DNA of 64,000 nucleotides from Guillardia theta CCMP2712 (Eukaryota > Protista > Cryptophyta): assembly GCF_000315625.1 (NCBI RefSeq), contig NW_005434670.1:744016-808015 (forward strand), in the 5' to 3' direction. Below the pieces are notes generated by a model, which was given only the letters and a program-made list of their open reading frames with translations, was not told the DNA's origin and searched no databases. Of this stretch, positions 24,901 to 34,974 are shown piece after piece (position 1 is the stretch's first letter; each line of letters opens with the position of its first letter). Made by a program: the position numbers and the translations under genes.

Positions 24901-24931
24901 CAGGCTCAGACCAGAAAAGTTTCGTAGCCAT
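15130..24931 (-). CDS. Very large multidomain protein: class-3 lipase-like, degenerate P-loop-like, DH-like, helical bundle+VPS9, ankyrin, DH (RhoGEF), PH; 3' end approximate, and the 5' part (>22.5 kb) could be a separate gene
   Basis: In-frame splices join ORFs 22025-22492, 21621-21983, 18758-21592, an exon at 18745-18564, 17898-18344, 16262-17690 and small PH exons. Motifs: IVVCGFGFVALLA / CFTYGMP / HVVRNEDVVPAL (lipase_3); PRFHPDFQPIRSALQQI (DH end); AAESLVEMEM|QKTPEGKAKQIVIACQRI...LVYVLLR...GVEGIFISEFEE|AVEWV (VPS9); TALLEAVKGSN and GRSALEEAINTG (ankyrin); LVDLLAWPLQRSMRYLLLLRDL (DH); YLFRELLFY (PH). Confidence 0.65.
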
Positions 24932-25701
24932 TCACCGTGAACAATCCAACAGCCTTTCTAGTCGTGACCTGTTTCGCTTCTTGGCAGCATACATCTCAAC
25001 TCATAGTTCTCATCGCTGGCGATGCTCTTCTGGTACTTCTCTTCTCCTCCCGATCTCTCGGCCTCTCCCTTCTGCATCGTCCAACTTTGTGCCGCCATGC
25101 GTCGCAATGCACTATGCTTGTAATTTAGGATACGCAAATTTCAAATTAGAAGACATGTAATAAATTAAGATACCTAAATGAAGAGAAAAATTAAGATACG
25201 AGGGTCAATTACGATACGATCGACTGCTAGACGGCAAGCCGCAGGTAACAATGGCAGCGGCAGGAGAGGAGGAGGACTAAGTAGCAGGATACCTGTGAAT
25301 CCTTGTGTGAGACACAAGTACCTGCCTCCCTCTCCTCCTTACCAGTTCACCCTTGCCCCCCATGACTTCCTTCGGTCCTCTCCCTGTCTACTTGTGGTCG
25401 AGTTATGCCTTCTTGGAGTGTTGGTGTTGGGGCGATGACTGTATTGGTTAAGCATTGCTATGTTAGCTGTATCCTCTATGTTGTGGCTATGTTGCGCTTT
25501 CAAGATGGGAATGGAGAACTGATTTCCATCAGAGGATCTCTCCTTGCGTCTATTGATGGATTGATACGATTGTTCGCGCAGGTGATACTTTTCTTGTCAT
25601 GGCCGTAGGGCTGTTGGGACGTGTCGCCTCATAACCGAGAGGTTGTCAGGACAGCTTTGCAATACCGTAAAGGAGATATCCTTGGCTAAAAGCTGCAGAG
25701 A

Positions 25702-28663
25702 ATGAGGGGCTCTCGTCAGGATCCCGATGCAGGCTCCAAACCTGTTCAGCTCTTTCCTCTGCAAAAATGGATTCCGATATTGAAGGATGGGAGCAATTCT
25801 AGACCAGCGAATGGGAGCAAAGCATTCATAGAGCTGCCTAGCACAGTGCGACGGTTTTCGTATGAGGAGCTGTTGGTTGGAACTCAGAATCTCTCAGCGT
25901 CCCTTCTGGTGGGTCGTGGCGGCTTCGGACCAGTTTATCAACTCAAGGCCGATGGTGTTGAGTATGCAGTGAAAGTTGGAACGAACCTTCCCGACGCCGG
26001 GGTTGGACAGGGCAGGCATGAATTCGAGAACGAGGCTCTCCTCCTATGGATGTGGAAACATCCAAGAATTGTGAGCTTGGCCGGCGTAAGCGACGGTCAG
26101 TTCCCCTGTCTGATCTACGAGTACATGCCGGGGGGGAGCCTGTCCTCAGTCATCCATGACTCAAGACGGGCTGCACAGTTCGGGCCTGTCAAGAGGCTGA
26201 TGGTTGCTGCTGACGTCGCCAACGCGCTCATGTACCTGCACGAGGGAGGTCGGGGGGTGAAGCCGAAGAACAACAAGGTGAAGAAGGCTGTCGTCCTACA
26301 CCGTGACATAAACTCTTCCAACGTCCTCCTCGATCAGGATGGCAGGGGGAAACTCGGAGACTTCGGGCTGAGTGCGATGCTGCATGAGGTCGATGTAGAT
26401 AGCGGGATGGTCATGAGCGGCAACCAGGTGGTAGGCCAATGGGCATGGTCGGCACCAGAGGCCCAGGAGCTGGGAAACATGACGGCCTCGGACATCTACT
26501 CCTTTGGGCTCATTCTCCTCCAAATGCTCTCGGGCTGTGAGGACTCTATCCTGCCCACTGTGAGAATATCCGCTGCCATGCCAGGAACAGACCCTGTTCT
26601 GGACGATCGCCTGGCTCCTCACGACCCGTGGCCGGCTATGATATCTGAAGCGGTAAGCAAGCTGTCGTATGATCCTCGTACCTCGTGACTTGTCCATCTC
26701 AGGTCTTTGATCTGGCTTTGAAGAGCTCTGATCCTACCCCAGCCCGGAGGCCCACCGCGAAGCAGGCGCTGCAAGGGATTATGGCAGCCTTGCAGATGAA
26801 CGGGGCAGTTTATGTTTGCGATGAGCCCCAGCAGGTGAATGAAGATTTAAGATCTTCTTTCTCTCTTCTCGCCTTTGCTCTAGTCTCGGGTGCGACTCAC
26901 CATATCTTTAGGATCCACATTTCAACCATGCTCCGTTTGAGCCTTCTCGCATTGACCACAGTGGGACGGTGTCTACCTTGCTGCATTTCACTCAGGTATT
27001 CAGCTCCTTGGAGTATCCTTGACGTGACGCGAAGAGCAGGACAGCAACTTGAATGTCAAGGACAAGAAAAGTGGACACACGCGTCAGCGAAGCCTGGGTC
27101 CTGGCGAAGTGCGACTAGTCCCTTGGAACGGGCCAAGCACGAATGCTGCTAGCGCTGTCGACAACAAGAAGGCAGCGATACAATCTGTGATGATCTCAGT
27201 ATGGTTTGAAGAAGTTTTGACTGTTTTGTTGCAGGTTGTTTCCGTCTGCTGCTGCAGTGAAGAAGATGCTCGCCTGATGCTACAGGCGTGTCAATGGGAC
27301 GTCAACAGGGCCGTTGACAGACTGTTGAGCGGGGAGAAAATCCAACAGCAGCCGGAGGCACCTAAGGCTCAGCCACTGATGAACAGTGCTGTCTGCCCAG
27401 GTCTGGGAACGGGAAGTGGGCATGTGAAGATAGGAGACACGGAGTTCGAAGGGAGCTGGGTGAATGGTCGAGCTCACGGTCGGGGACGATTCATTGCCAA
27501 CGCGATCTCGTATGAAGGAGAGTTCCGCAACGGATTCATGCACAGCCGCGGGGTTTACAAGGCCCTAGATGGAAGTCTGGAGTATGAGGGCGAGGTATCA
27601 AGGTCTCTCCTTGACTTGCAAGCGCCTGATCGATGTTCTCGCAGTTTGTCGAAGGTTACATGAACGGTGAAGGGATCATTACCAAAGGGCCGGACCGTGT
27701 GAGGTTTCATTGTAAGTTCGATCGAGGTGTGTTGCTGTCGCAAGAGCCGTGCGCTGCGAAGCCAATGTTGACGGAGGACGAGAAGATGTTCATGATCTCG
27801 GTGTTCCAGTCCGTCGTCAGCAACAGCACCGAGCAAGAGGCTCATCGGTTCCTCTCCATGAGCTCTTGGAGCCTCCAGGATGCCATGAAGATTGCGCTGG
27901 ACACCAACCCTGACAGAGTTCTCTTCGACGGGAAGCCGCTAGAGCAGGAGGGAGCGAAATTGGGCAGAGTCTCAGATCAGAGCTCGAACGCTCGTGTGCA
28001 TGAGAGCCAGTCAAGCTCAGACGAGCAAGCAGTGACAGGAGCGACACGAGATAATGCACTAACTGCAGAGCAGGAAGCAACCAGGGGTGAGGCGAGGCAA
28101 CAGGACTCGGACTCGAGGAGCGACACGAGCAAGGGAGGAGATTCAAGCGGTGGGGAAGCTGGAAAGAGCGTGAAGAACCTCAATGAAATCCTCCAATCTC
28201 TTCCTCCGGGTTGGGAAATTCGAAAGGACCCGGCATCAGGCAGGATTTTCTATGTTGACCACAACACCAAGACGACCCACTGGAAGCCACCGCTGGAGGC
28301 TCTTGGTGGGAAAACGATTCAGAGCAGTACTCCAGAGAGAAGTGAAGTTCGGGGAGCGACAGGTATCTCTCTTATCTCCTCGCTGCATCCTTAACAAGTG
28401 GGGCAGGCGCGTCATCGCACGAGAGGGAGGAATCTGCGGGCGCGTCGAAGGGCAGCGGGGCAGGCGAGGAGTCTCTCGCCGATGTCCTTGAAAGGTTGCA
28501 GCTGAACCACATAGGCGCGATCCTTGAGAAGGAGGAGATCCGAGACATCAAGACGCTCTCGATGCTGTCGTCGCGGGATCTTAAGGACATGGGGATCTCA
28601 CAAGTGGAGGGGCAACGGATCATGGAAGAGATGATGCGGAAGCAGGTGATAAGAGGCAGATGA
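25702..28663 (+). CDS. IRAK/Pelle (RLK-like) protein kinase with UBA-like, MORN repeats, second UBA-like, WW and SAM domains
   Basis: [67 protein letters not shown]; [23 protein letters not shown] (UBA-like); [14 protein letters not shown] and [14 protein letters not shown] (MORN); [31 protein letters not shown] (WW); [41 protein letters not shown] (SAM, last exon about 28400-28663). Confidence 0.85.
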
Positions 28664-28779
28664 TGGACCAGCACTGGCGCCAGCAACATCATCTGGCTTC
28701 ATTCACATTCAACTCACGAGATCGAAAGAGACAGAGGGAACTGAATCGGGCAGGAGCAGGGGTGAGTGGTGGGGAGATT

Positions 28780-30406
28780 TCAGCCCCTACGAGCGCTGTG
28801 GGAAAATTCAAACCGAAACTTTCGAAGGATCGGAATCTTGAGGACCGAGCTCATCAGCTCCTGTGCCATGTCAAAGCTCGAAAATGCCACGTTATCATAC
28901 TCTGAAGGCAAAATGTGCGGCATGTTCGTTGTCGAACTCCGCGAAGGCCGTTCTCAGGCGACTGGCAGGCGGCGATCGCATCCTCAGCTCTTTGAAGCCG
29001 CTGTGAACAAGATCGAGGCGCATAGTCACAGGAAGAGCAGGAGACATCTAGCGACTCACCGAAACCTCTCAAAAACTCGAAGCAGCTCCCCTTGTGTGAT
29101 TGTCCTGTCGATATGATGCAAGAAAAGCGTGTCGGATACCTCTGTCGTTTCCCCTCCTTGATGATCACGATCCGGTTTTTTCTGTACCCCTCGTAGCTTC
29201 TGGAGATGCTCTAGTAACACTGACGTCGCATCCTGGTTGCCATTCCGGCGGGAAGGATCCAACTGCCCCTCATCCTCAAGTTGCTTCAATATCAAATCCG
29301 GACTGAGCCCCTGCGGCAAACCGTCTCGTCCTGCATTCTCATGATGTAGCTGATGAGGATCTCGCATCTCGCGATTGCGCGGATTGAGCTGCCGCCTGTC
29401 GTTGAAGGTGCGGTCCATTCTCCTCCAGTTCTGTCCATCCTGCACATTTTCCGAGGGAAGTCTACGGCCAGCACCGTTACCTGCCAAGGACTGTCTATCC
29501 GAAGAGGAGAGAAACTTGTCAGGGTTGTAGGTGACAATGCCAGTGAAGTCTATGAACCCTTTAGCTGCTTTGTCCCGCGGGATAGTGCTTGTTCTGTGTG
29601 CCACGTGGACCCGCAAGGAGAGTCGGACGTAAGGATCGAACCGGGTCCCGTTGACCTTGAGAATGTCCGTCAGAATCAACAGCAGGAGCGAAGTCTCATT
29701 GCTGCTCACCTGTCTCCCTGCATTTATGGCCTGATCAGGAGTTTCGAACGTCACAAACGCCACCAGTATCTTCCCGTTGCGATGCAGGGTGCTGTACCTG
29801 GAAAATGCAGGCAAAGTGTGAGGAATCAGCGGGAGAAATGCTCTTCTCTCTAAGGACCTGAAGCCAGGGAAGAGACGAAACCTGCAACAGCAAAAACAAC
29901 AACGTCATCGTCACTGCATTCGACTAGTCGATGAGAAACTCTCACATGTTGTAGATTTCCCTTGCGCGGCAGTCGTAAGGAATCCCGCTGAGGAAGAGGC
30001 TGCAAGGTGGACCGCTCTCTTCCATTGAGTCCGCCTCCTGGCTCTCGTCATCCACTTCAATTATCTCGTTTTCAGCCATGCCGGCAAGATCTTCTGAAGT
30101 TTTGTTTTCGGTCGAAGCAACAACAGCACTCCCGTCCTCCTGCGCTTCTTCATGGTAGTTCGATTCAGGTAGAATGGTGTTGTCGCCATCCAAAGCTAAA
30201 CTCTCATCGTTTTCGTCCATTGGTCTGGAAATGAAGGCTTCATTTGGTCCTGTCCCAGCATTTTCGATGAATTCGCTGCTCGCCCTCAGCTCAACAACTG
30301 CATCGGAGCCAATGCCCTCGGTCGTTGCCACTGGCTCGACGTCTTCAGGAAGTGCCGCATGCAAGAGAGACAGGATCAGCACACAACAGACAGCTCGTGC
30401 GAGCAT
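28780..30406 (-). CDS. Two-RRM RNA-binding protein of RBPMS/couch potato/Scw1 type with an N-terminal signal-peptide-like segment
   Basis: SLFLSGIPYDCRAREIYNM|FRLFPGF|RYSTLHRNGKILVAFVTFETPDQAINAGRQ|VNGTRFDP..LRVHVA; second RRM DTLFLHHIDRTITQGELLRVFERF...RTAFAEFDNEHAAHFA; N-terminus MLARAVCCVLILSLLHAALP. Confidence 0.8.
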
Positions 30407-30519
30407 GGCTCAACAACAGGATTGACAGTGGGGCTCACAAGAAAGGCCGAGCGCCAGCCATGCTCTCCTCTGACTCTCATGCCATGTCCCCCGTCGTTGT
30501 CTCATGGGACGCTTTCCGC

Positions 30520-31560
30520 TGGCTGCACCGCCAGCGGCCCGCCCCAAACTTCGCCGCTCCCGACTCGGTGGCCCGGCCCCCGCCGAGCCTGAGTCAACTG
30601 GCAAGTTTCAAGTTCCGAAGCGGCTCCTTACCGTTCTTCAATCTCACTGCCACGGTTCCGAAGTTCGGGTGACGGTTACCGGGTTACTTCGCTCGGGCCT
30701 TTCTTCTACCGTACGGTACTCATTTCCTCCCAGGCTAGTCCCAAGCATGATCTTGAACCATCGGGCCGGGCCGGGGGCAGGCGACCGTACTACGGTACGC
30801 CGCCCCTAGCCGCTAATGTAGTACCGTACTCCTGGGCAGTGGCAACGCTCAGGCTCGGCGAGAATTGCTTTGTTCTCCATTAGCTTGGTGAGTTTTTCCC
30901 ATGATCAGCCTCCGAGGCTCCCCACCGTGAGTCACACAACTCGGAAGTCAGACAAGACGGAAGTGAGTTCAAGTTCGGAATCCAGAAGAGGTCATTCAAA
31001 GTTAAATTAATCAGGAGAGTCGAGGAGGCTTGACCCTGACACTGTCGCACTGGCCGCCCGCAACTTCGGCGCAGTCGGCAAAACGTCGCAGCGAGAAGAG
31101 AAAAGACAGCGAAAACCAAACCTACTATGCTGCCAACTGCCCGGGCCGGGACTCCAGGCGGGCTCCGAGATTGGGCCGGGCCGGGCCGCGGGGCCCCGGG
31201 CCGCCGGCCGTCGTTACTAAGTCAACACTGAGAACTGAGTTGTCCCGGTCCTCGTACTGATTTTTGACTTAACTTTGAGTAAGGAGACGTAGCATGAAGA
31301 AAAGGCAAAAAAGAAAAAAGAGGTAGGTGTGGTCGTAGAAGCCAGCGAAATTAGTGAAGTGGGGGGTTCAGTTTCGGGGGTGGGGTCCAAATTTGTGGGG
31401 TTGGGGAGGGTTTCTTGTGAAAATTCAGATGGGTGGGGTAAAGAAGATAGGTGAAACAGGGGTACTCGATTCGATATATATTGGAGGAAGGGGTAGGGGA
31501 CTACAGTAGTGCGATTGACTACCCCCACCCAGCACCGAATAATCCTCGCAGAGGGCAGGG
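30520..31560. other. Intergenic island 2: CCGG/GGCC-rich zone (30520-31215) then GGGT-rich zone (31320-31560), between divergent genes
   Basis: Dense CCGG, GGCC, AAGTT, CCGTACGG words followed by GGGGT/GGGTA runs; no credible ORF. Confidence 0.6.
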
Positions 31561-31807
31561 GTTATATTTTAGTTGATGTGCTCCATGTGGGGAAAAGCGA
31601 GAGGGGAAAGGGGGACAAGGGAATGAATACGAGAGCAGCAGAGGGGGGGAAGACGATGCCGCAAGGCATGCAGCTCTTTATCCAGACCGCAAGCATGGCA
31701 GATAACATAACGCCAGCAACTCAGATCTGACTCTCTTCGGAACTTTGACTGCAGTATTTGTTCCCACACATCCATATCAAATCTCTTGCATCCTTTCAGT
31801 TAAAAAG

Positions 31808-34365
31808 ATGCCCTCTGAGCAAAACGTTCTCACCAAGGATTCAAGTTTTGGAAATGATCCAATGACCTGCTTGCTGCATGACTTGTGCGCGCTCTCAGGA
31901 CTCGGCTATGCAGAATTTTGGAAGCGGGACAGGAGTGATGTCGATCTTGGGAAATCCCATGAGCCCTCAAATGACGAGCTGCCCTATGCTCGAGGTACAG
32001 ATGTAGGCCAGTCGAGCTCCATGCCAGGACAAGATGTAAATGCACGTTCTGAAATAACAGAATCACGCCATTCACGGACATTTCACAAAGAGGTTTCATT
32101 CGATGACAAGAACAAGTCCAATAGCCGCCCTGCCCATGATGATGTAAAAGCTCGTCGAGGAATTTCTCGTCGGGGGCTCGGTAACAGCAGTCGTTCGCAC
32201 ATGCCTAGCATATGTGAGATCAATGCATTTGAAAGAATCTCCATTGATCGAGTTTGGTCTAGCTTCCTTGACGATGATGGCCGAAGAATCTCTCCACATT
32301 CAAACCGGGGTGCATCGGTTGATCTGTGGCGGGATCTGATCGCAGTGCTGATGATTTTCTAGGAAACAAGCAGATCTAGAAAGGATCTTGAGCGAAAGGT
32401 ATGTGTTTCAAGTACAAAGTTCTGAAATTGAATAATCTTGGGTAGGCTAACATGGTCTGGATACGCTTACGCGCACCAAGACATGTTTGAGATCGCAGTT
32501 GAAAACTCTAAATGCAGTCATGTGATATTGTGTTTTAAAATGCCTGAATTTTTTTTGACGGATGTCAAAGGACTGGCCAAGTACAATAAAGGCGCTGGAG
32601 GAAGTTGCTAAAGATGATGTATGTGCGTATGAAGAAGGCCATGGCGTGATAGGAATGGCTTGGCAACAACGTCGGCCCTTTTGGTACGACATCGCTGCAT
32701 CGGTACTCTCCTACTGTTCTCAAATATATATGATGGATAATTTTCCAAACCAAGACTTCAGAGAATTCTGAGTCGTCGACGTTTGACGCAAGGATGTCAC
32801 TTGCAAAGGTGAAGATGCAACTGTAGTGAAATATGAGCTCAAGACACCCAGAACGTCTTCGATTTTTGCGTCGGGATCCCTGTGTTGCATCCACATTATG
32901 GTATTGTGGAAGGGGTGATCCTTTTCTTTCACCTGGACAACAAAAAGATAGAGCTTCCAGATGAGGTTTGTCCTGTGATGAATGGGCAAGATCATTCAAA
33001 CGGCTGCAGAATTGGAAACAATACATGAAGGACCAAAGCATCATGGAAATTTTGGCTCAAGCTTCTCGCACAATGTACTGGACGTACCATCTTGGGGTAG
33101 ATTTCATTGATTGCCTTTGAAAATCAATCACACTTTGCGCAGTCCTCCATGAACTCGTGGTTCAGTATGATTGATGCTCAGAAGATGAATTCTGTTTGAT
33201 TTCTTGACGCATTTTGGGTTTCCAGTAACTTTCGATGTAGGTCGCCTTGATAATGGGAGCAAATGACGATTCTAGGAGCAAGAACGAAGTTTTACCTCCC
33301 AAAGCATGGGACAAGCGAACGAGACATTTCTTGCGCAAATATTTTCGGAAATTCAAAGGCCAGGTATTTACGCATTGGTCCAATTCTGTGCCAATGCCTT
33401 CGTTTAGAATGCCACCCCCCCCGGGCCATACAGCTGGCAATACTCACTCTGGTCGTTCGTTGGGACGTACCTGGGTACCTTCATCATCACGGTGAACTTT
33501 GGACCGTTCAGTGCAAAGCTGACTTGCTTTTTCAAGTCGATCAGTAACTACATGAAGTATAACACAGATTATGGACAATACACAGCGACATTGTCAGATG
33601 GTATTCCAATCTTTTTAGCCAAAATAAGAAATTTACGATCCAACGTTTGCACAGGAACCCAAAAGATTGAACAGGGCTACGTTTTTCTTCTGATAAACTC
33701 AATGGGCGCTGTCTCTGCTATGCTTTTTTCAGTTCCGAGCTCGCCGTTGGCCCAGGCACATTCATATCGTACTCAACTTGAATTTTTCCTGATCTACTCT
33801 TGACAGCCGAGAAATGTTGTTTTTGGTCATTTGATAGCCGTCACTCTGGCCATTGCACTGGTATGATGAAAATCTTTTGCGCTTTCTTGCTGACATGACA
33901 ATCAAGGACTATCTGACCAACCCTCGTTACTTGCGTCTTTTCCCAAATGTGTGACAAGCACAAGCGATTATTCGAAATAACATTTCTGACTAGTGGGTCG
34001 GCGCTCCATTGGCTCCAGCTCTAGCAATTGGCATTCAAGCAAAGGTAGCTCCTCGGGTCATAGTTTTGTCTCATATTTCATAGCTGGGAATAATCCATCC
34101 GCCTTCGTGCTCCGCGTGTGTGATCTATACCATGGGCTTGCCTTACGTCAAGAACTTGGTAGCGTTTGCTCCCTTTGTCTTGCTAGTGTTGGTGAAATCG
34201 GTTGGCAGGGCTGGCTGTACTTGGCTTGTCCCGTTTTACTCGATTGTGTGGTACGCACATAACGCTGAATCTTTTGTTTCTGATGCCCACGAACAGCTCT
34301 TGGTCGTCGTGAGTTTGCTATTCAACAATCTTTCCAAGGACAGAAGTTATCCTCTTTACTGGTGA
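31808..34365 (+). CDS. GAF domain + HPP-family (NitM/NITR2-type nitrite transporter) fusion; many short exons; start approximate
   Basis: HPP part: KYFRKFKGQ|NATPPGPYSWQYSLWSFVGTYLGTFIIT...LLINSMGAVSAMLFSVPSSPLAQ|PRNVVFGHLIAV...APALAIGIQAK|LGIIHPPSCSA...GWLYLACPVL...LLFNNLSKDRSYPLYW*. GAF part: LHDLCALSGLGYAEFWK...AYEEGHGVIGMAWQQRRPFWYDI...FDARMSLAK|NVFDFCVGIPVLHPHYGIVEGVILFF. Confidence 0.85.
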
Positions 34366-34974
34366 CAACTGAATGAGTTTAGTGTATCAAGAGGCAGAGC
34401 GAAGTAACATCTTACCTGATGTTTATTCCTTCCGATTTTTCCGATTTTTGGATCATTACTGTACCCAAGTAAAGCTGAGATATCTGTCAAACATCATGGC
34501 ACTTTTCACAGTGGAATGGAATGAGACATCACAAAAGTAGTCTGAAGCATCTTCTCAGTGACTTGATTTCGGCATTCGCCCAGTCCGATGCCTCTCTCAA
34601 TTTGAAATTCCATGGTCAAGTCCTTCACAGCCATTGATCTAGCCCGCCTCCGGATTCCACATAAAGAATGCGATAGGGCAGTTCGAGGTTTTGCTACTAT
34701 ATCCACTCAGTCCGGTCATCTGCCTCGGATGTCTTCGGATACTACCGTCGTCGGCAACGAGATGGCGGCAAAGGGCATGCCAACCCTCCAATGCTGCTGA
34801 TCGCTCTGTGATCGCTCTTGTTGCATCCCATCATCATCTTTCTCTGACCACATAACGTTTCATTCATTCGCTATCGTCAAATTTGATTTCTCGACAAGTT
34901 CTTTCGAGAGATTGAATGTGAGGATGAAATACAAACAGCAGTTTTTGAAATTAACTTCAAAATCGCAGTGAATC

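Noticed and set aside
34400-34850. Possible small gene between the HPP and PDZ genes
   Set aside because: No frame with a recognisable domain or consistent splice structure.
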